A stretch of 37,389 nt of DNA, taken from Chiloscyllium plagiosum. Its lineage: Eukaryota. The position numbers and the translations under genes were made by a program. The first letter of the stretch is position 1, and each line of letters begins with the position of its first letter. The notes under the pieces are model-generated. The model worked only from the letters and a program-made list of their open reading frames with translations. It made no database searches and was not told where the DNA came from. Shown piece by piece: positions 1 through 12,084 of the stretch. The DNA is taken from contig NC_057720.1 in the NCBI RefSeq assembly GCF_004010195.1, forward strand, positions 26,059,056 to 26,096,444, given 5' to 3'.

Positions 1-528
1 TGTTGCAGAACCAACCATTACCAGGTAGTATTTGGAATACAGTGCTGCCACTAATTTATCTTTCTATCCTTGGTCTTGGGTCATGTTTGGTTAACAATGG
101 TAGACAATAAAGTATTCAGAGGTCCTAACGAGAAAAGGCATTTCTCTTTACACCAAGATTTAGGTTATTTCCTGATATCAATAGGTACAGGCTATATTGA
201 CCAGTTAGACATAATTACTGAGATTTCTCAGAAACCAGTCTTGACAGATTTTATTCCATTGGATCATCAAACTGGACCTCTGTTTTTCCCACCTAAGACT
301 GTATGACATCATCACATTGAATAATACTTATTGCAGTTTCAATACTAACCCTTTAAGAACCCCTAATGTAACTGCTACTTCATTTAAGTGGGATCTGAAT
401 GCTTCCACCTGGTCCAAGTTTACGTAGTCTCAGAATAAAAGGGAATCATTGCACTTTTGTATGTAACAGTATTGTCTAATGTACAAATGGCATTGTTGAT
501 GTCTCTTTATATTTTTATATGTGAAACT

Positions 529-707
529 GGGATTTGAGGTTTGTCTTCATGTCCCTGTAAACTGTTTGAACGGTAGGGTTCGGGGCCTGGCTTTGCTGCT
601 CCTCTCCTTTGTAAAATTGCTGTCTCTTGTATGCAGCTGTAAATGTAACTGTTTGTTGTAAACTGTTTTTGTAATTTGTTTAATAAAATAAAAAAAAACA
701 GGAGTCT
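529..707 (+). mobile_element. 3' UTR/poly(A) end of a non-LTR retrotransposon (probably Tx1 clade), copy 1
   Basis: Diverged copy of 1151-1320. Ends AATAAA + A-run followed by AAACAGGAGTCT (696-707). 1-528 may be more of the same element. Confidence 0.55.
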
Positions 708-762
708 GTCAGTGTCGAGGACTCCCTTCTTGATTGTTTCAGGAGAAGGGGGTTACTGATGT

Positions 763-1055
763 GGGCGGCACGGTGGCACAGTGGTTAGCACTGCTGCCTC
801 ACAGTGCCGGAGACCCGGGTTCAATTCCCGCCTCAGGCGACTGACTGTGTGGAGTTTGCACGTTGTCTGCGTGGGTTTCCTCCGGGTGCTCCGGTTTCCT
901 CCCACAGTCCAAAGATGTGCAGGTCAGGTGAATTGGCCATGCTAAATTGCCCGTAGTGTTAGGTTAGGGGTATGGGTTGGTTGCGCTTCGGCGGGTCGGT
1001 GTGGACTTGTTGAGCCGAAGGGCCTGTTTCCACACTGCAATGTAATGTAAAAAAA
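763..1055 (+). mobile_element. HE1-type tRNA-derived V-SINE, near full length
   Basis: tRNA head with A box (TGGCACAGTGG) and B box (GGTTCAATTCC), V-domain (GTGTGGAGTTTGCAC...GGTTTCCTCCCACAGTCCAAAGATGTGC) and a CR1-like tail (GCCGAAGGGCCTGTTTCCACACTG). Confidence 0.9.
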
Positions 1056-1150
1056 AATGTAATGATTCTGGGACTAGCTGGCCCGCAGCCAGTGAGAGAG
1101 GAGGAAGAAGAGAGAAGGAGGAAGAAGAAGAGGCAGATAAACAGGAGTCT

Positions 1151-1318
1151 AGGATTTGAGGTTTGTCCTCATTTCCCTGTAAACTGATTGAATGGTAGGG
1201 TTTGAGGGCCTGGCTTTGCTGTTCCTTTCCCCTGTAAATAGCTGTTTCGTTGTACACAGCTGTCAATGTTAACTGTTTTTTATAAACTGTCTTGTAATTG
1301 TTTAATAAAATAACAAAA
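1151..1318 (+). mobile_element. 5'-truncated 3' end of a non-LTR retrotransposon (probably Tx1), copy 2
   Basis: Paralogous to 529-700. Flanked by ATAAACAGGAGTCT (1137-1150) and ATAAACAGGACTCT (1319-1332). Confidence 0.6.
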
Positions 1319-1332
1319 ATAAACAGGACTCT

Positions 1333-2088
1333 CTTTGCCACCGGGTGGTGGGGATCCCCGGTGGAGGGCTCTCTACATGGGAGTCCTCCCCCTTCTCTCG
1401 GGGATCTGGGGTGGAGGGTGCTGCATGTAGCAGTCCCCTGCAACCGCAAATTGCGGTGGTTCACGAACTCCCAGCCTAACTGCTTGTTCTTTGGCGCTGT
1501 GGAGTCCGTGGACCATGTATACATTGGGTGTGGGTGTTTGCACTCCCTTTTTGATTTTCTTAAAAACCTCCTCCTCTGCTTTTGGTTGCACTTCAGTCCC
1601 ACGCTCCTGATCTTCAGGCACCTGGTACAGAGGAGGGAGGGCAGGTCTGAAGACCTCCTCGCGGGCCTGCTCCTGGGCCTGGCCAAACTGGCCATCAACA
1701 GGTCCAGGCAGCGGGCCGTGGAGGGGGTCGTTAGGACCGACTGCCTGCCCCTCTTCCGCGGTTACATTAGAGCCCGGGTGTCCTTGGAGGAGGAGTACGC
1801 GATGTCCACCAACACCCTGGAGTTGTTCAGGGAGAGGTGGGCGCCGCAGGGAGTGGAGTGCATCATTTCCCCCTCCAACTCTATTTTGATTTAGTCCCTA
1901 CCCTCCCCTTCACTGTTTTGATCACACAGCACTGCCCTTTGATGTGAAGGGCGCTGCTTGTCACTGGCCACCCGGGTGTTTTCCTATCTTCCTGGTGGTG
2001 GACATTGAATAAAGATTCGTGCACTTTGTGTCTCTCACTGTGTCTCGCACCTACACACACTCACCATGGGTGCTGAGAGGAAAAAAAA
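1333..2088 (+). mobile_element. Tx1-clade LINE, 5'-truncated: ORF2 C-terminus (zf-RVT-like) plus 3' UTR and A-tail
   Basis: ORF 1298-1894 has DLGWRVLH...C..ESVDHVYIGC...LLLGLAKLAI...FRERWA, typical of Tx1 ORF2 ends. AATAAA at ~2008, A-run, then ATAAACAGGAGTCT (2089-2102). Confidence 0.88.
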
Positions 2089-2844
2089 ATAAACAGGAGT
2101 CTACGGGTTTTTTGTTTCAAAAACTGGAGAGATTGGCTGGGCAGTATTTTCCTCAGGGCTTTGCTCCCAAATGAAGATCAAAGCAAACCCTAACCAAATG
2201 CTGTTCAAACAATATCTGTAGGAAGTTTCCGGTAAACTAAACAGTTCACAAGAAATGCGGTTTCTAGGATGCAGTGATTAAAAAAAAAAGCTCCATGTCA
2301 ACAGTGACCTTTCAATGACTTTAAATAAACCAATCTAAGTTTAATCTTAAAATATAAAAAATATCAGAGTTTCCACAATTTTTCAAATTAAGTCCTTCAA
2401 TACAATATTAAATAAGAAACAGTTTTAAAACATCAGTATTTAAGAAATCATGGGATCAGCTTCCTGGCCAAATGACCTGTTTCTCTGCATACTGGAATTA
2501 TCAACTATCCCTGATTGCCCTGGAGTTTCCAAGGGTTGAAGATTAAGCTCCAAAGGAAAAGAATAAGGGCATTGAAAAAGATGTGATTCTTCAATTTTTA
2601 TCAAACACATTTTTTGCTCATTAATTATAAAATGTATTGGAGATAAGTAAAAGCCGACTAGACATATGGTGGTGAGATACCTCCTTTGACCATTATACCA
2701 TTTGGTATAGGTACACCCACAATGCTGTTAGGGAGGAGCGTTCCAGTTGTCAATCTTGCTCAGCACGTGCAGCAGTGAACCAAGGAACGTAAAGTTTCTG
2801 GGTTGTAAGGGTATGGATGGCAGTGAGGGACTGCAGTGAATGAG

Positions 2845-2945
2845 GCAAAAGTGAGGACTGCAGATGCTGGAAATCAAAGTCTAGATTAGAGTGGTGCTGG
2901 AAAAGCACAGCAGGTCAGGCAGCATCTGAGGAGCAAGAGAATGAG
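2845..2945 (-). mobile_element. Penelope-derived terminal (pLTR) arm fragment
   Basis: AAAGTGAGGACTGCAGATGCTGG...GAAAAGCACAGCAGGTCAGGCAGCATC, shared with 21711-21916, 24735-24862 and 28873-29102. Confidence 0.7.
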
Positions 2946-4062
2946 TTAAACCTCTCTTCAGCATTGCACAATTACATTTAGTCTCAGAAGGTGTTTTGGA
3001 CATGTTGTAATGTGGAGATAATACTCAGATCCTAAGATCTACCTTCAAATCTTGGGGTCAGCAAATATCATGCTACATTTTAGAAAGGTACCTTGAACAA
3101 GGAAAATTAAGATTTCAAATGTTTTTTTGGATTGCACTTGCCATATAAATTTTGTAATCATCTTTATTCAAGCACTTTCTCACTCTGAGAGTCATCATAG
3201 CAAAGAAAATCTCATTCACTGCAAAATTTCCCCTGTGCAAAATCTAATCTCTCACATTTCTACTTCCCTTGTTTTTCATGCACTGGGATCTGTTAAAAGT
3301 ACTAAAAGAGTAAGAAAATGCTGTGAAGCTGTGATTATAGTGTGAAACAAAAATTGTTTCTCCTGCATTTATGATGGTCCTGCCACGTGCTACTTACAGA
3401 ATCAGCGCAGCTAATACATCCAGTTATACAAGTTGACAGCCTCTGGGATACTGCAGTAGCAGTTTATTTGGTTCTTTTACTCAAATTTACTATGGAGAAT
3501 ACAAGTGCTCATAAAAATATAGATTGCAGCAGTTAAAATGAGCTTTGCCCAATGTCTGTTGAATGCAATATTTGACTTTGAAGTGTGTCCTTTGCAAAGG
3601 TTCGAAATTTGAAATATAAAATTGCCCTTTAAAGCTAATTGCCCCTGACTTGAGACCAGCGACTTCACTACTGTAAGAATATGATGGGAAAAGTAAAGAA
3701 AGGGTGCAGATGTACAGCCAAGCTTTGACTCTCTGATGCCCATTACAGTATCTGCATTATTACATGAATTTACAGTGCGTGACAGAGCAAACAGTGTGTG
3801 TTGATGTTTCCAAAGCATTCCAAGCATTTCCCAACACATCAACCTCAACTTATGCTTTTAGCACATATGTCTGTTTTCTGATTAATTGTCCACTTTCTTT
3901 TTGAAAGTGCCTAAGATATTTTCCTCAATCCACCCCCTGTAGTTGCAAGTGCCATTCTCTAACCAGTCTGAGTGGACACAGTTGTAAATAGCAAATTATT
4001 GGAGTAAATAACGACTATATTTGTATTTACGTTAAATGTTAATCCTTTGTATTTATACTTGT

Positions 4063-4265
4063 TATAGAGTCATAGAAATGTACAGCGGCCAAGCAGTCCC
4101 TTCGGTCTAACTTGTCCATGTTGACCAGATATCCTAAATTAATCTAGTCCCATTAGTCAGAATTTGACCCATGTCTCTCTAAGTCCTTACTATTCATATA
4201 CCCATCCAGATGTCTTTTAAATGTTGGAACTGTACCCACCTCCACCACCTCCTCTGGCAGCTCAA
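4063..4265 (-). mobile_element. CR1 (HER1-like) LINE 3' tail fragment
   Basis: Matches 4700-4905 and the reverse complement of the tails at 18350-18527 and 26600-26790. Confidence 0.85.
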
Positions 4266-4699
4266 ATCATGCACAACTTAGTTTTGGATGTTAGTTTTGG
4301 ATTCATCAATAACTTTAAACATCTACCGCTACCTGTCTACCCCATTCAAACTTTTAACAAACTTCATCAGAACATATTTTTCATGAGAAAAAGTCACAAA
4401 CTACTTTTTTTTGTGTGTGTGGCTATAACCTCTTGGTTCTGACACTAAGCTTGTAAGTTTTGTTTTGAAACCTCTCTCGTTCTTTATATAACACTGACCA
4501 GAAATGTTGACTGTACTCAAGTGCTTTCTGGCCAGAGTTCTATACAAATTCAACAAAACTTTACTGCTCTCAAATTCGATTTCCCTAGAAATAAATCCCA
4601 GGGTTTTTTTTCCAGCAGCTGTTACTGCTTGACTGACATGTGTACTGTTTTTAGCTGTTCACCAGGATCCTTAGATCTATTTTGTTCTGCTATCCCATT

Positions 4700-5257
4700 T
4701 AGAGTCATAGAGTCATAGAGATGTACAGCATGGAAACAGACCATTCGGTCCAACCCATCCATGCTGACCAGATATCCCAACCCAATCTCGTCCCACCTGC
4801 CAGCACCTGGTCCATATCCCTCCAACTCCTTCCTATTCATATACCCATCCAAATGCCTCTTAAATGTTGCAATTGTACCAGCCTCCACCACTTCCTCTGG
4901 CAGCTCATTCCATACACATACCATCCTCTGTATGAAAATGTTGCCCCGTAGGTCTTTTTATATCTTTCCCCTCTCACCCTAAATCTATGCCCTCTAGATC
5001 TGGACCTCCTGACCCCAGGGAAAAGACTTTGCCTATTTACCATATCCATGCCCCTCATAATTTTGTATTCCTCGATAAGGTCACCCCTCAGCCTCCGATG
5101 CTCCAGGGAAAACAGCCCCAGCCTGTTCAGCCTTTCCCTATAGCTCAAATCCTCCAACCCTGGCAACATCCTTGTAAATCTTTTCTGAACCCTGTCAAGT
5201 TTCGCAACATCTTTCTGATAGGAAGGAGACCAGAATTGCATGCAATATTCCAACAGT
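4700..5257 (-). mobile_element. CR1 (HER1-like) LINE, 5'-truncated
   Basis: LEYCMQFWSP...RVQKRFTRMLPGLEDLSYRERLNRLGLFSLEHRRLRGDLIE...WNELPEEVVEA, and a (CTATGACT)n tail. Confidence 0.93.
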
Positions 5258-6829
5258 TAGTTTCTTACGTTCTTAATTCCCATATTTCGGCAGGTTATGT
5301 CTCCAATTTTCCAATTACAAAAGGATGGTTTTGCTGTTTTTTGGAGGAATTAAACTTCCATTATCATTTTTATTGGGAAAGGGGAATTGGAAGCGCATGA
5401 GAAATGTTTACCTATTAGATACAGGGTTGCCAGAAACAGATAACTAGAACATGTCAGAGAGTTGAAATAATTTGGAACATATGATGCCAGAGAGAATGTT
5501 TGGTTCAGATTGAATTCTTCTCATGAATTCTGACGAGGAAATGGGTTTGGATCAAGAATGCAATTTAACTACATTATCGGTCTCCCATGGCATGGTTAAC
5601 GAGTGAGAAGATTGAGCTATGTGTATGCAGGGAGACAAGTCCAAATGCAATAAAGGATCCATAGCCAAAGTTTAGCCTGAGCTTGAATCCTGGGTTGAGG
5701 TTTGTAATGTTTGGCTTGGAGAGGAAGGTTAATTTAAGATAATGGAATTAAGTTAAATTCTTTGCAGTAGAATGCAAGTGGAGGTCAACACAAAATAGAG
5801 TGTAGCCTCCAAAACCAAGCATGAAACTTATGGAAGTTCAAGCATTTTCACATCAGTATGCTGTGAAAGATTTCTGCAGGAGATCTTTCTGTCAGTTTAT
5901 TCCTAGGAGCATTTGATAATCCATTCAGCACAGAATTCACATTTCAAGCAATATTATCTAAAGCCTTCATCTAAATCCAAATCTGATCGGAAATGCCATG
6001 GTGACTGTGTCTTAGTTTTTTGTTGCAGTATGCTTTTTGTTCCTCAACTGTTCTGATCAGGATGTCAAATTATTATTTCTTGGTGAAATGTGATCAGGGC
6101 GAAAGACTGAAATTGTGAAGACAGGTATTTGATCATTGAATGATGGAAGTAAACAAAAAGAAGAAAAGCACGAAGAATGACAGAGGAAGAAAGCAAACTG
6201 ATGAGGATTTGGTGGCTATAATATATTAGACAATGATCATAACAGGAACTTTATTACAAGGATGGATAGCTCAGGTTTATGTGTATGGTTTTATTTCCAT
6301 GTATGGCTATCTCTGTTTCCCTAGAAGTGGGTGTATTGATAGACAGTAATTGTTGATAGGATCCGATGTTCACATCAACTGTTTTGCAACTTAAGCTTTG
6401 AATTAAGCAAAGATGAGTTTTGTTTCAGTGTCTGTTATAAGGAATTGGCACATCCTGCATATTTTATTACCTTACGACGCCCACCAGTTTCAGAAAGACA
6501 CTTTCCCTTTCCTATATTAATAGCGATGACTTTTTCTTAACATTGAAATCTACATCACGGCACAAAACAAACTCAGATCAAATAGACAGTCTGACATTTC
6601 CAAAAGGATTCTTACTTTGGCACATGTTTCAAAGCCATCTATATCCTCACAAAGGGCTGAATCATTCCTTTTTTTATTGGTTCAATGTCAGTTTCATCAT
6701 GTTTCATGGAGAATCTTTCACCAAGAATTTTGGATTGCCCCTCAGTGACTACCTACCATGCTCCTACAGTGACCATCTTGTTAATGCTAGCCCAGTCTTC
6801 CCACTCACTGTAGCCAGACGTACTTACCA

Positions 6830-7630
6830 ATGAGGATACCATGGGAAAGATGAGCATCCCTGGCTGCAGCACTGTATTTAAAATGCTGTTGTGTTAGTCA
6901 AGTGCTGGTAGTCCAGACTGGCTTGATTCCTGACATGGCAGCCCCGCTGAATGATAAACAAGAAGGGATATCATCTTCTCCCTGGGCAGCTAGAGGAAGC
7001 CGTAGCCCCTGATCCTTCCAGCCTGGTCATAGGCTGCCACCCAGGTCAGTGTATTGTCAATGGTCCAGAGAAATGGCCAGCGATGTAGCAAGAAAGCCAT
7101 TCTCCACTCCCTCAGGGTAAGTGCCATCATCTCCTCTCTGCTCCCTTCCACTTACTGTAACTCTACTACCGCCACCAAGGCTAATGCTCTATCACTCTCA
7201 GTATTGCAAGCAACAACTTCCCTTACTCATGTCCTCTACTCCAACACTCCACCACACCCTGGCCCAACCCCCACTCCAAAGGACTAAAAGGCAAGGCAAG
7301 ACAAGGTGAGTATGCTGTGATTGTCCAGTTAGATGCAAAGTGAGTGAGCACGAAGAGGGAAAGTAAGCAACAATTAAGTATTACATGGTCTAATTCATGA
7401 GCTCAGTGCCCGTCCCTGCTTGCAAAATATCCTTGTAATAGTATTGTAATGATAATTGTCTGCACATGTCAAAGATCTGCATTATGGGCAGAAGTGGACT
7501 GAAAGTGGATCAGAGCTGCACCATGATGATACAGAGAGACAGGTGGGTGACAAATGCCAAGGTCCGTTGATGTGGAGTGTGAGCATCTGCTGCCCATTGA
7601 GCATGTCCTGAAACATTGGTGTTGGGTGTC
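6830..7630 (+). mobile_element. Probable Harbinger-type transposon remnant (degenerate Myb/SANT-like ORF)
   Basis: Stop-interrupted translation of 6960-7115, RRDIIF...PAWS*AATQVSVLSMVQRNGQRCSKK, resembles the Myb/SANT DNA-binding motif. Followed by a GTAAG donor. Confidence 0.4.
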
Positions 7631-7638
7631 CAAGATGG

Positions 7639-7735
7639 AGTTCTGATGAACAGTCACCTAGATTCGAAACATTAGCTTGCTATCTCATCGTGGATTCTGC
7701 CTGACCTGACATGATTGCCGGTGTTTTTATTTACT
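7639..7735 (+). mobile_element. PLE pLTR fragment with hammerhead-like motif
   Basis: AGTT-CTGATGA-A-CAGTC-ACCTA-GATTC-GAAAC-ATT-AGCT followed by GGATTCTGCCTGACCTG. Confidence 0.6.
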
Positions 7736-8102
7736 GCCCAAAGAATCTTCATTTTAAAACATGTAATTGCTATCGTCGTTATTCATTGCTCAGAAGTGAA
7801 TCTAAACCAGTATGTACATTCTACGCAAAGCAAACACTTGCCCAATGTTTCTCAAACATTCACCTCACCTTGAAGAATAATGCTTTGCCATAACAACTTC
7901 ATTGCTGCAAAATATACATTTCGCATCTGTACTGAGCTGATTGAATTGAGGATTTTTCTCAGATCCTCCCCACAATTTTTGACATAATTCCGAAAGGGAA
8001 AGGTATGAGAAAGCCTAATTGGTCAGATCCTTATCCATTTATTGATATGTATCGACCTTGTAGCAGCATCTTTGCACCCAAATGGAGTGAGTATTATGAA
8101 AT

Positions 8103-8275
8103 ATTAGATTAGATTAGATTAGATTCCTTACAGTGTGAAACAAGTCATTCGGCTTAACAAGTCCACACCGACCCTCTGAAGAGTAACCCACCCAGACCCA
8201 TTTCCCTCTGAATGATGCACCTAACCCAATGGACAATTTAGTGCAGCCAATTCACCTGAACTGCAGTCTTTGGTG
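8103..8275 (-). mobile_element. HE1-type SINE, 3' half
   Basis: (TTAGA)n tail and reverse-complement match to 900-1040. Confidence 0.8.
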
Positions 8276-8445
8276 GGGCAGGATCAGATTACGCAGCATC
8301 CGAGGAGCAGAGGAATCGATGTTCAGGTGATCAGACCTTTCCTGATGAAGGGCTTTCGCCTGAAACATTGATTCTCCTGTTCCTTGGATGCTGCCTGAAA
8401 TGCTGTGCTTTTTCAGCACCACAGCCTTGACCTCGAATCTCAATC
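8276..8445 (+). mobile_element. Penelope-derived fold-back element with hammerhead-like motif
   Basis: Partial inverted arms GCAGCATCCGAGGAGCAG / CTGTTCCTTGGATGCTGC, with CTGATGAAGGGCTTTCGCCTGAAAC at 8342-8366. Confidence 0.7.
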
Positions 8446-8539
8446 AGTTTGTTTCTCCTGAATGTTATTGGGCTTGATTCCCCTCCGGCAACAATTCTCT
8501 TTCTTTCTCTCCCATCTTTGCAACTACACTCCTGATTGC

Positions 8540-8900
8540 TAGAATTAGAATTAGGTTTTACTGTCACATGTACTCAAGTACAGGACTCCAGTGAAAAGTG
8601 TACAGTCACCTTTCTCCAATGCCATCTTAGGTACAATGTGGAGGAGCCAGTGTTGGACTGGGTTGAACAAAGTTAAAAATCACACAACACCAGGTTATAG
8701 TCCAACAGGTTATAGACAACTACCGATGCATGAGCAGCACTATGAAACCTAGTCCTTCCAAACAAATCTGTCGGACTGTAACCTGGTGCTGTGTGATTTT
8801 CATCTTAGGTACAAAAACCCAAATTAAAAAAAAACAATCACCTTAGATATAAATTCAGAATTTTTAAAGAAGCAGAAATATGAAAAAAAAACAGAGCCAA
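8540..8900 (-). mobile_element. Non-coding retroelement with a Rex1-like 3' tail, interrupted at 8637-8800
   Basis: Reverse complement resembles 12400-12525 (AAGATGGC...TTTTCACTG...GTGACA(A/G)TAAAA + CTAATT repeats). Confidence 0.55.
8637..8800. mobile_element. Fold-back element of a second PLE-derived family, 14-bp TSD
   Basis: TSD CATCTTAGGTACAA at 8623-8636 and 8801-8814. Inverted arms AAAATCACACAACACCAGGTTATAGTCCAACAG / CTGTCGGACTGTAACCTGGTGCTGTGTGATTTT. Confidence 0.75.
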
Positions 8901-8930
8901 GAAGGTAGGGGAAATCATCCAGATCTAAAA

Positions 8931-9059
8931 GGCTTATCTCTGTCAGGGAGTCTTATCTCTGTCAGGGAGTCTTATCTCTGTATGGTAGCCTTATCTCCAT
9001 AATGTAGTCTTATCGTTGTCAGGTAGTCCAATCTCTGTAACATAGTCATATCTCCATAA
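8931..9059. repeat. 19-bp minisatellite, ~7 degenerating copies
   Basis: Unit AGTCTTATCTCTGTCAGGG. Confidence 0.85.
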
Positions 9060-9107
9060 GTGGGCCGCCCTCCCCAAAGGCTCAACTCTCAGGGCTGCTG
9101 CCACTGC

Positions 9108-10014
9108 TGGCCCTTGGTACTCGCTCCCACAGGCCCTTGGAACTCACTCCCACAGGCCCTCAGAACTCACTCCTACAGGCCCTTGGTACTCATTCCCACA
9201 GGCCCTCAGACGTCATTCCCACAGGCCTTCGCTACTCACTCCAACAAGCCCTCAGTACTCACCCCAACAGGGCCTCTGAACTCCCACAAGCCCTTGGACC
9301 TTACTCGCACAGGACCTTGGTACTCACTCCCACAGGCCCTTGGAATTTACTCCCACAGACCATGGGAACTCATTCCCACAGGCCCTCAGTATTCACTTCC
9401 ACAGGCCCTCAGAACTCACTCCTACAGGCCCTTGGTACTCATTCCCATAGGCCCTCAGTACTCACACCCACAGGCCCTCAGAACCCACTCCTATAGGCAT
9501 TTGGTACTCATTCCCACAGGCCCTCAGTACTCACTTGCACAGGCCCTCAGAACTCATTCCTACAGGCCCTTGGTACTCATTCCCACAGGCCCTTGGTACT
9601 CTCTCTCCCAAGGCCCTCGCTACTCACTGCCACAGGCCCTTGGAACTCACCCCACAGGCCTTCAGTACTCACTCCAACAGGCCCTCTGAACCAGCTCCCA
9701 CAGGCCCTTGGATTGCATTCCCTCAGCCTTCGGAACTTATTCCCACAGGCCCTCGGATCTCATTCCCACAGGCCCATGGAGCTCACTCCCACAGCCTCTT
9801 GGTACTCTCTCCCACAGTCCCTCAGAACTCACTCGCAAAGGACCTTGGTACTCACTCCCACAGGCAATTGGGGACTCACTCCCACAAGCCCTCGGAACTC
9901 ACTCCCACAGGCTTTCTGTACTCACTCCCACAGGCCCTCAGAACTCACTCCCACATGCCCTTGGAACTCACTCCCACAGGCCCTCAGAACTCACTCCCAC
10001 AGGCCCTTGGAACT
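9108..10014. repeat. 23-bp minisatellite, ~39 copies
   Basis: Unit GGCCCT(T/C)(G/A)G(A/T)ACTCACTCCCACA. It explains the periodic ORFs at 9060-10071. Confidence 0.95.
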
Positions 10015-10175
10015 AAGATGTGCAGGCCAGGTGAATTGGCAATGCTAAATTATCAGGGATGTGACAGTTAGGTTCATTAGTCAGAAGAATGGATTTGGGT
10101 GGGATACTCTTTGGAGGGTCAGTGTGGACTTGTTGGGTTGAATGGGCTATTTCCACACAGTAGGGATTCTATATG
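10015..10175 (+). mobile_element. HE1-type SINE, 3' half
   Basis: AAGATGTGCAGGCCAGGTGAATTGGC...GTGTGGACTTGTTGGG...TTTCCACACAGTAGGGATTCTAT. Confidence 0.8.
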
Positions 10176-10244
10176 TGTTGGTGTAGTCTTGGAGCCAAAG
10201 AGCCTGTTCCTGCTCTGGTGTACTGTTTTTGCTTTTGCCATATA

Positions 10245-10812
10245 TATACAGTGGTTACAACAGCAGGTCAGAAGCTAGGAATGTTGCAGCAAGTAACATC
10301 CTGATTCACCAAAATCTGTCACAAGTCAGGAATCTGATGGAATGCTCCCCATTTGCCTGAATGGGTCCAGCTCCAACAGTACTCAAGAAGCTCGACACCA
10401 TCCAGGACATAGCAGACCGCTTGATTGGCACCACATCCACAAGCATCCACTGCCTCCATCTCTTAAATTCAGGAGCAGTAGTGTGTACAAGATGCAGTGC
10501 AGAAATCCACAAAAAAATCCTCAAACAGCACTTTCCAAACCCACGACCAATTCCATCTCGAAGGACAAGCGGAGCAGATACTTGGGAACATCAACACTTC
10601 CAAGTTCAACATTCTGATCTGGAAATATATCACCGTTCCTTCATTGTCCCTGGGTCAAAATTCTGGAATTCCCTCCTAAGGACAATGTGGGGTCAACCTC
10701 CAGCACGTTCAAGAAGTCAGCTCACCACCACTTTCTCAAAGGCAACGAGGGACAGGAAATAAATGCTGGCCAACAAGCGATGCCATGTCCCAGAAATGAA
10801 TTTAAATAAAAA
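10245..10812 (+). mobile_element. CR1-group LINE 3' end (family distinct from HER1), with internal deletions
   Basis: APTVLKKLDTIQD..RLIG...FWNSL, and tail GCTCACCACCAC...AATAAATGCTGGCC...ATGTCCC..AATGAAT. Paralogous to 23950-24550. Confidence 0.75.
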
Positions 10813-11702
10813 ACTGACACTTGTCAAATTAATTGAAAGAGAGGACCTGGTTGACATTGATCCTGAGTATTGGAATAAACTAAAAGGTTTGCAATTATAC
10901 ATTTCCACATTTGAGTAATTTCAGAATCTCAGCCTCATCAGAAGACTATGTAAGGAGATTTATAGCACGGGCACATGTGGGGAAATATAGGAGCAGCACT
11001 TGACATTTGTATTAGCAGCAATTCTATTCCATCATCTGTGTGTGTTCTGCAGGTGCTGCCTGTGTAAACTGTGAGTTCACAACAAATGAAGAAAAAGCAT
11101 CTCCTGATACTGATGCAGGCGTAACAAAGTTAGTCACAGATCCCATCATTACCTGCAGCTTTACAGTGAGGTAAACAACTGTCTAACACCTTTCTTGTTC
11201 TTCCACAGGGTTTGGAAAAAGACGTTTGGAAACAATTTACACAAGCTTGCACTTAGGTGGCAAGAATTGCAAGGGAAATTGCATTGAACATAATCACTGG
11301 CCACACACAAACACTGAATAAAATTAATTCACTCTTATTGCAGCATACATTTCGGAATTATTCAGAAGGAATGCCACTTGCAAGAGGAAAGAAATACAAT
11401 GGAGTGTCAAAATTTACAAACATATGATTGTAAATATACCCCAAAATGTGGAAGACAGAGTAGCCAAAGTCAGTATGAAGGTAATCTCTCTATGAAGTTA
11501 CCTTTTTGCCTGCAATGTCTAGTCTGTTGAAGGTAACCAGCATTATCAACCTGGTTTTCAATGGTGACAGGTACAGGTGCCCCTTCTCCAGCCAAAATGT
11601 TCTGCAAAAATCTTACAAACTAGGATTTAGTGAACCTTTGCTCAAAGAGGAGAAGGTGTCTATTGTAATTAAATTAAAACAAAGAACTGCAGATCATAGA
11701 AT

Positions 11703-11900
11703 ACCTATAGCCAAACAGCATCCCACCTTATCCCTGTAATGCTGAATTTCCCATGACTAATGCACCTAAGCTGCACATCTTTGGACTGTGGGGGAAAGCC
11801 AGAGCAAATTCACACAAAGACACCTACAAACGGTCACCCAAGGGTGGGATTGAACCTGGTTCCCTAGTGCTATCAGGCACCAGCACTAACCACAGAACCA
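11703..11900 (-). mobile_element. HE1-type SINE, degenerate and internally deleted
   Basis: CACATCTTTGGACTGTGGGGG...GGGATTGAACCTGGTTCCCTAGTGCT...GCACTAACCAC is the reverse complement of the HE1 head and V-domain. Confidence 0.75.
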
Positions 11901-12027
11901 TCAGAGATCTGGAGCAAAAACAGAAGTTAATGGAGGATCTTAGCAGGTCCAGCAGCATCTGTTGGAAGAAAGCAAAGTTAAAGTTGGGGCAAGGGGAGGG
12001 GTGAGCAGGTAGGTGAAGACAGAGCCC

Positions 12028-12084
12028 AGAGAGAGAGGGAGAGACAGACAGACAGAAAGAGACAGAGAGAGAGAGAGAGAGAGA
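12028..12084. repeat. (GA)n/(GACA)n microsatellite
   Basis: Direct reading. Confidence 0.9.

Noticed and set aside
70..306. 78-aa ORF as a gene
   Set aside because: Non-ATG start, no recognisable domain, and possibly part of a retroelement 3' region.
763..835. tRNA gene
   Set aside because: The A/B boxes continue into a V-domain and LINE-like tail, so this is a SINE head. The same applies at 16122, 24058 and 33992.
964..1698. 244-aa minus-strand ORF
   Set aside because: Antisense to the Tx1 ORF and runs across unrelated elements (Tx1 UTR, GA-rich tract, SINE).
6828..6946. Minus-strand exon with strong splice sites
   Set aside because: Stops in all three frames and it lies within a probable transposon remnant.
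9060..10071. Long overlapping ORFs of 100-209 aa
   Set aside because: Read-through of a stop-poor 23-bp repeat. The peptides repeat with a 23-aa period in all frames.
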